In this document: positions 15,540 through 22,599 of the stretch, one piece after another | Layout of the letters: each line of letters opens with the position of its first letter | Position numbering within the stretch: the stretch's first letter is position 1 | Assembly (NCBI GenBank): GCA_028713935.1 | Contig: JAQTNI010000007.1 | Coordinates: 5,262 to 37,261 of the forward strand | Length of the DNA stretch: 32,000 nucleotides | Origin: Candidatus Iainarchaeum sp. | GTDB lineage: Archaea > Iainarchaeota > Iainarchaeia > Iainarchaeales > GCA-2688035 | Direction of reading: 5' to 3' | The notes under the pieces: generated by a model | Seen by the model: the letters and a program-made list of their open reading frames with translations, nothing else | Told to the model about the DNA's origin: nothing | The model's database searches: none | Position numbers and translations under genes: made by a program

Positions 15540-16412
15540 ATGTGGGAATTTGTTTATCTGTTTTTTCTGATTGCAGTAATAGTCGTGGTTTTTGCTTTAT
15601 CCATAAAAATTGTCAGGCCAACTCAAAGAGGGCTGGTTGAAAGGCTTGGAAAATATCATCATTATGCTGGCCAGGGAATTCACTTTTTGATTCCGTTTGT
15701 GGATGCAATAGTCAGGGTCAACATTACTGAACAAATGGTTGATGCCCAGCAGCAGGAAGTCATTACAAAGGACAATCTTAATGCAAAGGTTGATGCCCAG
15801 ATTTATTTTAAGGTTCAGGATTTGGAAGAAGGAGTGAAAAGAAGCCAGTACAAGGTGAACAATTACCAGGTTCAAATCGTGTCGCTTGCAAGAACCACTC
15901 TCAGGAATATTATTGGCCAATTGTCTTTTGAAGAAGTCAATTCAATGAGAGACAAGTTAAACCAGGAACTTGCGAAAGCGCTTGACAAGGAAACAGCAAC
16001 CTGGGGAATTTCTGTTGTAAGGTCTGAATTAAAAGAAATCCAACCTCCACAAGATGTCCAGGAAACAATGAACAAGGTTTTGATTGCAAAGAATTCCAAA
16101 ATAGCGGCAATTGATTTTGCAACTGCAAAAGAAACAGAAGCAGACGGCTTCAAAAGGGCTGCAATAAGGCAGGCAGAAGGCCAGAAAACCGCGGAAATTT
16201 TAACTGCAGAAGGCCAGGCAAAAGCCATAGAACTTGTCAACAAGGCAGCTGATGCCTATTTCAAGGGAAACGCAGTTGACCTCAAAAAACTTGAAACATT
16301 GCAGTCAACATTGAAGGACAACAGCAAAATAATTGTTTCAAGCGATTTGCCAATAATGGAACTGATTTCAAAAATAGCAGCAGTAAAAGAAAACAGGAAA
16401 AAAACAAAATAG
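15540..16412 (+). CDS. SPFH/band-7 (stomatin/prohibitin-like) membrane protein
   Basis: N-terminal TM helix followed by IVRPTQRGLVERLGKY.. and ..TKDNLNAKVDAQIYFKV.. typical of the SPFH domain, with an Ala/Glu-rich C-terminal coiled region. Confidence 0.85.
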   Translation: MWEFVYLFFLIAVIVVVFALSIKIVRPTQRGLVERLGKYHHYAGQGIHFLIPFVDAIVRVNITEQMVDAQQQEVITKDNLNAKVDAQIYFKVQDLEEGVKRSQYKVNNYQVQIVSLARTTLRNIIGQLSFEEVNSMRDKLNQELAKALDKETATWGISVVRSELKEIQPPQDVQETMNKVLIAKNSKIAAIDFATAKETEADGFKRAAIRQAEGQKTAEILTAEGQAKAIELVNKAADAYFKGNAVDLKKLETLQSTLKDNSKIIVSSDLPIMELISKIAAVKENRKKTK

Positions 16413-16437
16413 CCCTTTTCTGATTAAGAAAAATTAG

Positions 16438-16623
16438 CGGACCCGGTGGGATTTGAACCCACGACCCCCGCCTCGCTCCAGCTTTTTTTAATAAAAAACA
16501 ATCTGGGAATTTTTTTTAACAAAACCAGTTTTTCGAAGAAAAACTGCTCTTTTCCCAGGGCTTTTCTCTTCAGAGAAAAGGCCTTAGGAGTGCGGTGCCC
16601 TATCCAGGCTAGGCTACAGGTCC
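16438..16623 (-). tRNA. tRNA-Arg (anticodon CCU) with a 111-nt intron at the canonical 37/38 position
   Basis: Acceptor GGACCUG/CGGGUCC, D arm GCCU-AGCCUGGAUA-GGGC, anticodon loop CUCCUAA (CCU at 16588-16586), T arm GUGGG-UUCAAAU-CCCAC. Intron is 16474-16584. BHB: central helix CUCC (16590-16587)/GGAG (16479-16476), with 3-nt bulges cut after the second nucleotide. One A31-G39 mismatch. No encoded CCA. Confidence 0.8.
16526..16580 (+). repeat. hairpin-repeat family 1, copy a (inside the tRNA-Arg intron, antisense to the tRNA)
   Basis: CAGTTTTTC-gaa-GAAAAACTG hairpin, core CTCTTTTCCCAGGG, then hairpin CTTTTCTC-ttca-GAGAAAAG. Confidence 0.7.
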
Positions 16624-16861
16624 ATGTTATTAATTTTGTAATGAATTTGTTTAAAAATGCTTATATGCGTGATTTGTCAATTTCCTTCTTTATTTTTTCC
16701 TGTATTATTTCTAGTTCGCCTGGGTTTGCGCGGGAAAATAATTCTGGGTTGAATAGTTCATTTGATTTGTGCAATGGCACTAAGTGGAGATGTGCGTGCG
16801 GCACTGAAAATCCGACTATAACCATGCCAATTCTCTTTGCATTCATGGCTTTTTTTAGTGC

Positions 16862-17560
16862 CTTCCGCGAGAACCCCTGATACGCTTTAGCGTATGGATG
16901 AATCGCGGTCTTTTTCTACAATTTAACTGTTGTTTTTATTGCAAGAAACGACAGTGGCGCGTCCGCCTTCGGCGGAAGCGCTTTACAATCTATTTTGTAT
17001 AGCGGAAGCTTTCAAAAAGGTTTCTGTTTCTTGCAGGAAGTGTTTTGTATGGCTAGTTTTACTTTGTTTGAATCTGCGCATTGTGTTGGAGAGTCAAATC
17101 TGCATTTGCAGTTCACTCCAAAATACAGGAAGCCTGTTTTTGAAGATGAAGTTGTGAGAAAAGCCTGTGAACTGGCCTTTCAAGGAGTAGCGGCACAACT
17201 CAAAGTTGTTTTGTCTGGAATCGGTTTTGGCCCAGACCATGCGCATCTGTTTGTTAAAAACTGGAAAAACTACAGCATAGTGGAGTTGGCGCGAAGATTC
17301 AAAGGCGCGGTTTCTCATGCACTCAGAAAAGCGTATCCTGAGCGACTGCAAAAATACTTGTGGGGCAATGCTTTTTGGACAGGTGGATATTTCTATCGCA
17401 CGGTAGGAGCAGTAACTGTGCAAGCAATGAGAAAATATGTAATAGAAAGCCAGCAAAAACACTGGAAAAAAACAAACACAGTATCAGAGCAAACAACACT
17501 AATGCACTTCAACTAGACTGCCGGACTCACGACTCGGCGGGCTTTAGCCCGCCGTAGTTC
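16862..17560 (+). mobile_element. IS200/IS605-family insertion sequence (tnpA only); boundaries approximate
   Basis: Y1 transposase ORF flanked by subterminal hairpins ATACGC-ttta-GCGTAT (16880-16895) and CGGCGGGC-ttta-GCCCGCCG (17535-17554), plus a GC hairpin at 16957-16981. About 0.7 kb. Interrupts the HIT gene. Confidence 0.75.
17049..17516 (+). CDS. tnpA: IS200/IS605-family Y1 (HUH) transposase TnpA
   Basis: HLQFTPKYRK.., HUH motif PDHAHLFV, and C-terminal ..WTGGYFYRTVG.. with the catalytic Tyr region. ATG at 17049 lies inside the listed ORF. Confidence 0.8.
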   Translation: MASFTLFESAHCVGESNLHLQFTPKYRKPVFEDEVVRKACELAFQGVAAQLKVVLSGIGFGPDHAHLFVKNWKNYSIVELARRFKGAVSHALRKAYPERLQKYLWGNAFWTGGYFYRTVGAVTVQAMRKYVIESQQKHWKKTNTVSEQTTLMHFN

Positions 17561-17875
17561 AATGGTTTGGATAATTTTTTTGCAGACTGAAAAAGAGCTT
17601 CATACAATTGTTCATCTAAATCAAATATGTCTTCTGTGTGCTGCTTTGGAATTATCATCAAGTGCCCAGGCTTTGCAGGCGCAATATCAAGCAGTGCAAT
17701 AAAATTGGAATTTTCCCAGACAATATAATCCAAAGTTTTGCCTTCAATTATTTCGCAAAATTTGCATTTTGGCATTTTAAGTCAATCCAGTATTGTTAAG
17801 AGCCGAGAATTCTGCGGTTTATGCTGAAATGGAGCCTTTGTGCCCGCAGACGAATAAGCAATATCTGTTAATCCA

Positions 17876-18073
17876 TTATTTTGATACTTTTCTTCGTCTA
17901 GCCCTTGGTTTTGCAGCAGACCTTAGTGCGCGCATAACAGATGGCGGAAGTGGTTTTCTGACAATCGCTATTTGTTCAGGCGTAAGTACTCTTCTAAAGC
18001 CTGGTGCGAAACGCGGGCCTTTGATAAGTGCCCACAACTTTGCTGTAGTTGGTCTTCTCATGTTTCTTGACAT
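17876..18073 (-). CDS. small basic protein, unknown function (possible DNA-binding remnant)
   Basis: 65 aa, Arg/Lys/Pro-rich, in a locally GC-richer block (17793-18124) between the HIT start and the next gene. No family recognised. Confidence 0.25.
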   Translation of the reverse strand: MSRNMRRPTTAKLWALIKGPRFAPGFRRVLTPEQIAIVRKPLPPSVMRALRSAAKPRARRRKVSK

Positions 18074-18124
18074 TCTTTATCACCATAGTTATCTGTGGAT
18101 ATTCAACAATATATTTCTTTCTTT

Positions 18125-18691
18125 TCATAAAACTGTTGTCAATATTGTAAGTGTTATTGCGGCTGCAATCGGAATCGTGAAATTGTCATTAATCGGCAGG
18201 AGCTCTGCAAGCATTGCAATTATCACTGTTGCAATTGCAATTGGCAATGGGAACAGCACAGCAAGGAACGGCAGCGAGGCCAGAATTCCAGCGATTGTTC
18301 CTTCAAGTGTTCTTTTCCCGGCAAGCCTGTGTTTTCCGAATTTTATTCCAATTATTGTTGAAGCGCTGTCTCCGAAGATTAGTGCGCAGAGAGCCCCGAT
18401 TGCAATAAGCGGGTTCCTGAAGAAAAACAGGATTATTATTGCAGCCAGAAAGAAAAAAATTGCGCCCTGCCCAGGCCATTCTTTTTCGTGTTCCCTTTCA
18501 ACTTTTTCAACAATTTTGGAAAAAACAGGAATTTTTATTCCATGCTTTATTGCAAGGGAAATTGTTATGCCTGCAAGCAGGCAGGCGAGCAGTATTTCAA
18601 AAGTTGCCTCGCTTCCTAGAAGCACGAGAAGTGCAATGAAAATGCTTCCAAAAAGCAGGTGAATGAATTGCCTGCGCATTTCAAAAATCAT
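18125..18691 (-). CDS. CTP-dependent polyprenol (dolichol/phytol) kinase / cytidylyltransferase-family membrane protein
   Basis: Polytopic, 188 aa, with GDSASTIIGIKFGKHRLAGKRTLEGTIAG matching the GDxxAxxxGxxxGxxxxxxKTxEG motif of the CTP_transf_1/dolichol kinase family. 4-nt overlap with the fibrillarin stop. Confidence 0.6.
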   Translation of the reverse strand: MIFEMRRQFIHLLFGSIFIALLVLLGSEATFEILLACLLAGITISLAIKHGIKIPVFSKIVEKVEREHEKEWPGQGAIFFFLAAIIILFFFRNPLIAIGALCALIFGDSASTIIGIKFGKHRLAGKRTLEGTIAGILASLPFLAVLFPLPIAIATVIIAMLAELLPINDNFTIPIAAAITLTILTTVL

Positions 18692-19350
18692 TTTTTCTCA
18701 CATAAAAAAATGCAATGGTGTTTTTCAAACGGGGCAAGATTTACCTGCTGCAAAACATTGAATTGTTTTTCCAACTCTTTTTTTTCTTCCGCAAAAATTT
18801 TTTCAGGCTTTTCCGATTGAGAAATGCTTTTTGCCTTTATTACAATAATGCCAAATTTTCCTTTTTTCAGGAACAATTCCGCGTTCTTGTTGAAAATTTC
18901 AGCCTGGTTTTTTTGTGAAATATCCTGGTAAAGCAATTCAATTTTTGTTTCTTCAAGCTCTTCTGCATAGGTTTCAGGCTTGCCAGCATCGGCAAGGATT
19001 GGAAGCATGTTTTTGCGCAATTCGCACAATTCAACAAATTTTCTCATTACTTTTTCCGCAATATCGACTCCAAACAAAAGCCCATTTTCCCCAATAATAT
19101 CGGAAACATGGCTTGGGGTAGTGCCTTCAGCAGAGCCAAGGTACAAAACATTTCCGCCTTCTTTCAGGGGAATGTTTTTCAGGCTATTTTTTATTCCCGC
19201 ACAGAGCTTTGAGCGCCAGGGAACCCACTCCCTGTATTCAAGGCCATTTTCAACAACAAGGGCCTCGCCATAAACTTTTTTGCCAGGCACAAGGTTCTTG
19301 GTGAAAATCTTTCCATTGGATTCAAAAATTCCTGAAAAAATTTGTTTCAT
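18688..19350 (-). CDS. flpA: fibrillarin-like rRNA/tRNA 2'-O-methyltransferase
   Basis: ..VYGEALVVENGLEYREWVPWRSKLCAGIKNSL..VLYLGSAEGTTPSHVSDI..FGVDIAEKVMRKFVELCELRKNMLPILADAGKPE.. is diagnostic. Internal ATG at 19350 is preferred, because the longer ORF overlaps relE. Confidence 0.9.
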   Translation of the reverse strand: MKQIFSGIFESNGKIFTKNLVPGKKVYGEALVVENGLEYREWVPWRSKLCAGIKNSLKNIPLKEGGNVLYLGSAEGTTPSHVSDIIGENGLLFGVDIAEKVMRKFVELCELRKNMLPILADAGKPETYAEELEETKIELLYQDISQKNQAEIFNKNAELFLKKGKFGIIVIKAKSISQSEKPEKIFAEEKKELEKQFNVLQQVNLAPFEKHHCIFLCEKK

Positions 19351-19370
19351 TAAAGTCCACTTTCTTAGGA

Positions 19371-19652
19371 TTAGATATTTTTGTAAGTGTTTTCTTTTCT
19401 TCTTTCTATTTTTAAAACTCTGATTATTTTTTGTTCCCAATATACACAATAAGTGGCCCGATAGCGCGACAATCTTATTCGATATGTGTCTGTCTCTCCG
19501 GCAATCTTCCTAAGATCAAATTCTTTTGCAGGCACAGGATTCTGGCCCAGCTTTAAAAAGAGCTCATTCAGCCTTGCCCTTATTTTTCCATCACATTTTT
19601 TGAGAAATTTTTCAGCTTTGTTGCTGAACCTTACTTCAAACAAGCAGACCAC
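19371..19652 (-). CDS. relE: RelE/ParE-superfamily type II toxin
   Basis: 93 aa. FEVRFSNKAEKFLKK..IRARLNELFLKLGQNP...YRIRLSRYRATYCVYWEQKIIRVLKIERR follows the RelE/StbE pattern. Confidence 0.75.
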   Translation of the reverse strand: MVCLFEVRFSNKAEKFLKKCDGKIRARLNELFLKLGQNPVPAKEFDLRKIAGETDTYRIRLSRYRATYCVYWEQKIIRVLKIERRKENTYKNI

Positions 19653-19659
19653 CGTAATT

Positions 19660-19845
19660 TCAGCAAAAAACTTCTCTGAAAGTTTTTTCCCTGCCAGATT
19701 CCATTTCTTTCTTTATTTTTCTAATCTCACTTAATTCTTTAGCAGAAACTTTTTCTTCAGGAATAAGGGCATGCTTTACTGTTTCAATTTCATTTTTCAG
19801 GCTTTTAATTTCCTTGTAAATCAGTTCCATTGTCACAGTTTCCAT
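19660..19845 (-). CDS. putative cognate antitoxin (small coiled-coil protein)
   Basis: 61-aa ORF ending 8 nt upstream of relE on the same strand. No recognisable family. Confidence 0.45.
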   Translation of the reverse strand: METVTMELIYKEIKSLKNEIETVKHALIPEEKVSAKELSEIRKIKKEMESGREKTFREVFC

Positions 19846-19939
19846 TTACAACACCTAAATAACTGTCTTTGCAGCAGTATAAAAACATATTCTGTCAATG
19901 ACTTAAAAATTCCTGAAAAAACCCGTTCCTTGTTTTCGC

Positions 19940-20332
19940 TTATACAAACACAGTAAGGCCAGTTTGCCAGTTGGTTTTACCGCCTTTTGGAATATCATAA
20001 ATTGTTTTTACTTTATTGAGTTTTTTAACCAATATAAGGGTTCTTCTTGGAACTTTTTTGTTTCCTTCTGTTTCAAGCGCAGTTGTTTCAAAATACTCTC
20101 TGGGAAAAAAGGAAGAAAGTGTTTTTGGCCCTATCCGCCATAAGTCTATGGGATATTCGTGCTTTGGATAATGCCAAGAAGGCACTGTTATAAAAATGTA
20201 ACCTCCAATTTTGCAACATTTTGCAGAGCACTTTGTACACAAAATATTTAAAAAATAACCATAATAATAGTTATAATAACCATTAATAGGGTTATGGTTT
20301 TTGAATGGGTTTTTTGTCTGTCTTGAAGTCAA
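19940..20332 (-). pseudogene. C-terminal fragment of a class I methyltransferase (no SAM-binding motif I)
   Basis: ..CCKIGGYIFITVPSWHYP..DLWR.. resembles the post-motif-II part of class I methyltransferases. The N-terminal third is low-complexity (NGYYNYYYGYF) and overlaps the divergent MNT start. Confidence 0.3.
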
Positions 20333-20826
20333 ATCCTGATGTGAGAAAGCTGTTTGGAGAGCGCGAGCTGGTTATTATTGAAAAGCAGTTATTGGGCGTG
20401 CCTTTGACACAATCAGAGAAGAACAGGCTGTCAAGGGATATTCGGCGCAAACTGAAGGCAATTTCCGCCTTGGCTGGTTTTGAACCTGAATTTTCCCTGA
20501 AAAAAAGCAGTGAAATAAAGCGCTGGGTTGATGAAGCGCTTCAAACTATTTTGAAAAGCGGGTTTTCGCCCAGCATAAAGAAAATTTTTTTGTTTGGCTC
20601 TGCTGTTGAAAACAAGCTGTCCTTGCGTTCTGACATTGATATTTGCGTGGAATTCAATAAAATTTCCAAAGAGGAGGCCAATTTGTTCCGCAAGGAAATC
20701 CTGGGCATCGCCAATCAACGAATTGATGTGCAGGTTTTTAATGTTCTCCCTTCAAAGATTCAAAAAGAAATTCTTGCAAAGGGAAAAGTTTTATATGAAC
20801 GCCCGCATTCAGGACAAAATCCGTGA
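20305..20826 (+). CDS. minimal nucleotidyltransferase (MNT) protein, antitoxin-type
   Basis: IFLFGSAVENKLSLRSDIDICVEF carries the GS...DxD nucleotidyltransferase motif, with an extra N-terminal helical region. Confidence 0.75.
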   Translation: MGFLSVLKSNPDVRKLFGERELVIIEKQLLGVPLTQSEKNRLSRDIRRKLKAISALAGFEPEFSLKKSSEIKRWVDEALQTILKSGFSPSIKKIFLFGSAVENKLSLRSDIDICVEFNKISKEEANLFRKEILGIANQRIDVQVFNVLPSKIQKEILAKGKVLYERPHSGQNP

Positions 20827-21205
20827 AATAGAAAATTATCTTGAAGAACTTTCAGAAATTTTGCCCTCTTCTTTTAGGGAATATTCTTTTGATTTGAAAT
20901 CAAAGGCGGCTTGCGAGCGTTATTTTGAAAAAATTGTTGAGGCAATTGTTGACCTGGCTTTTTTGGTTATCCGTGAAAAAGGATTGCAAACTCCGGAAGA
21001 GGACAAGGAAGCTTTTGACATTCTTTGCAAGGCAAAAATAATTGATGCTCCACTGGCGACTCGCTTGAAAGAGGCAAAGGGAATGCGGAACTTTTTGGCT
21101 CACCAGTATGGGGCAATTGATGACAAAATTGTTTTTAAGGCATTAAAAAAAGAGCTTCGGAAGGATGCGGGCATTTTTATTGCCTCAATAGAAACATCCT
21201 TTTGA
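20795..21205 (+). CDS. HEPN (DUF86) domain protein, toxin-type
   Basis: MNARIQDKIREIENYLEEL... with Rx4-6H motif MRNFLAHQY. Overlaps MNT by 32 nt. The longer listed ORF (from 20594) is an out-of-frame extension over MNT. Confidence 0.75.
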   Translation: MNARIQDKIREIENYLEELSEILPSSFREYSFDLKSKAACERYFEKIVEAIVDLAFLVIREKGLQTPEEDKEAFDILCKAKIIDAPLATRLKEAKGMRNFLAHQYGAIDDKIVFKALKKELRKDAGIFIASIETSF

Positions 21206-21212
21206 TACAAAT

Positions 21213-22022
21213 TCACTTTTGCTTTTGCAGTTGTTTTGCCCTTTCATCGAGGCCTTTTTGCAGTTCTTTTGCGATTTCTTTTTTTCCAAAAAAGTCCATT
21301 TTTATTGCAATGGAAATTTTTCCTGCAAGGGAACGAGCCAGTTTTCCCTTGTTTTCAAAAGAAGCCTGTTTCACCATTGGGTGCTGGAACAAGAGGCCGT
21401 ATTTTGGTGTTTTTGCATTTGGGTTTTTCACATGCCTGAAAAAGGCTTTTTTTGCCCCAAGAATCTGTATTGTGGAAGAAGGCATTAATGCAAGCCTGCG
21501 CAGGCTTCCTGCCTCTTTGAGCATTTTTGCCCCCAAAACAGAGCCGCAGATTTGCGAGAAATTCGGGGCTTTTTTCTGCATTTCTTCTGTTAAAAATTTT
21601 TCAAGCGAATTTCTTTGTTCCCTGATGTTTAAAGCATTCAAGGCGAGCATTTTGATTTCCGCCATTGCTGTTTCCGGAATTTTAGAGCCCATGCTTTTTT
21701 TTGCTTTTTCAATAACAAGCTTTGCTGTTGCAGGTTCCTTGATTATGTCCGCAATTGCTTTTTCAGAGAATTTTTCTTTTTCCCCGACAAAATAAATAAG
21801 CTTCAAAAAAGCCTCGGGATTTTGCAATGCCCTTCCAAGCTCTGGAAAATGCGATGAATACCATTCTGCGCAGTGCTCTGAAAGAAGGTTAAAAATTTCG
21901 TCCAAATCCTGCAGTGCATTGACTGCCCTGATTATGTGCTCTTCTTCTCCAGAGTATTTTTCTTCAACCTTTTCGCGGGTTTTCTTGATGAGCTTTTTGC
22001 GCAGTTCTTCTATCCGGTTCAT
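21213..22022 (-). CDS. nop5: Nop5 (Nop56/58) box C/D sRNP core protein, short form lacking the N-terminal domain
   Basis: NOSIC-like HIIRAVNALQDLDEIFNLLSEHCAEWYSSHFPEL begins at about residue 28. Nop domain ..APNFSQICGSVLGAKMLKEAGSLRRLALMPSSTIQILGAKKAFFRH..PKYGLLFQHP..KGKLARSLAGKISIAIKMD. ATG 22022 sits 6 nt from a conserved upstream block. Confidence 0.85.
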   Translation of the reverse strand: MNRIEELRKKLIKKTREKVEEKYSGEEEHIIRAVNALQDLDEIFNLLSEHCAEWYSSHFPELGRALQNPEAFLKLIYFVGEKEKFSEKAIADIIKEPATAKLVIEKAKKSMGSKIPETAMAEIKMLALNALNIREQRNSLEKFLTEEMQKKAPNFSQICGSVLGAKMLKEAGSLRRLALMPSSTIQILGAKKAFFRHVKNPNAKTPKYGLLFQHPMVKQASFENKGKLARSLAGKISIAIKMDFFGKKEIAKELQKGLDERAKQLQKQK

Positions 22023-22025
22023 AAT

Positions 22026-22061
22026 CCAATTGAACAGCAATTGGTTTAAAAAAGGTTTTTT
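22026..22061 (-). promoter_or_regulatory. promoter/operator-like block, copy 1 (upstream of nop5)
   Basis: Minus sense reads AAAAAACCTTTTTTAAACCAATTGCTGTTCAATTGG-N3-ATG. A TTTTTTAAA TATA-like box lies about 30 nt from the ATG. Perfect inverted repeat CCAATTG-N5-CAATTGG. Confidence 0.5.
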
Positions 22062-22143
22062 GAACAACGTATTTATGGCGAAATCTAAGATTAGAGGAAT
22101 TGTCAAGCAACTGATAAAAAAGAACATGCCTGCACTAAAAAAA

Positions 22144-22530
22144 TTAGCTTAAGCTTTCTTTTATTATTTTGACCAATCTTTTGATTCTTATTTCTTTTTT
22201 TGCAACGGCCCATTCAAGTTCGCTTAATTTTTCCTGATTTAATTTTTTTGGATTCAAAGTAAACCCATTTATTTTAAGGAAGGTTAATCCCGCAATAAGC
22301 CCTGTTCTCTTGTTGCCTTCTGCAAAGATATGCCTGTCTGTTATTTCCCAAATCAAAAAAGCGGCTTTGTTTGCAATGGCATCTTTTTTGTTTTCAAAAT
22401 TAAACTTTTTTTTGACAGTTTCAGCTATCAAAAATAATGCGCCAAAATCCCGTATTGCAAAAGGCTCGCCAAAAACAGAAACAATTTCCTGATTGATTAA
22501 AATTATTTGGTTAGCACTCAAATATTCCAT
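22144..22530 (-). CDS. doc: Fic/Doc-family protein (death-on-curing toxin type), no adjacent Phd
   Basis: 128 aa with DRHIFAEGNKRTG (HxFxxGNKR Fic motif). ATG 22530 is 6 nt from upstream block copy 2. Confidence 0.8.
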   Translation of the reverse strand: MEYLSANQIILINQEIVSVFGEPFAIRDFGALFLIAETVKKKFNFENKKDAIANKAAFLIWEITDRHIFAEGNKRTGLIAGLTFLKINGFTLNPKKLNQEKLSELEWAVAKKEIRIKRLVKIIKESLS

Positions 22531-22536
22531 AAATTC

Positions 22537-22569
22537 ATTGAACAGCAATTGGTTTTTAAAGGGTTTTTT
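22537..22569 (-). promoter_or_regulatory. promoter/operator-like block, copy 2 (upstream of doc)
   Basis: Plus strand ATTGAACAGCAATTGGTTT is identical over 19 nt to 22029-22047, followed by a similar A/T box and TTTTTT. Same 6-nt spacing to the start codon. Confidence 0.5.
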
Positions 22570-22599
22570 CTTGGCAAACAATTTGGTTTCTTGAGCAAG

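Larger units (their letters stand above)
16661..17775 (-). pseudogene. HIT-family hydrolase gene split by an IS200-like insertion
   Basis: N-terminal fragment 17527-17775 (MPKCKFCEIIEGK..APAKPGHLMIIPKQH..). C-terminal fragment 16661-16846 carries the histidine triad VPHAHLHLVP. The fragments are colinear on the minus strand and about 700 bp apart. Confidence 0.8.

Noticed and set aside
16446-16880. 144-aa plus-strand ORF
   Set aside because: It runs through the minus-strand tRNA-Arg gene, its intron and the HIT C-terminal fragment. It is not coding.
17793-18662. 289-aa plus-strand ORF
   Set aside because: It lies antisense to the well-supported membrane protein 18125-18691 (GDxxA...KTxEG motif). 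The sequence is low-complexity and Ala/Ile/Ser-rich, typical of a shadow ORF.
21202-21795. 197-aa plus-strand ORF, with nested 21219 and 21236 ORFs
   Set aside because: It lies antisense to Nop5, whose Nop domain is diagnostic.
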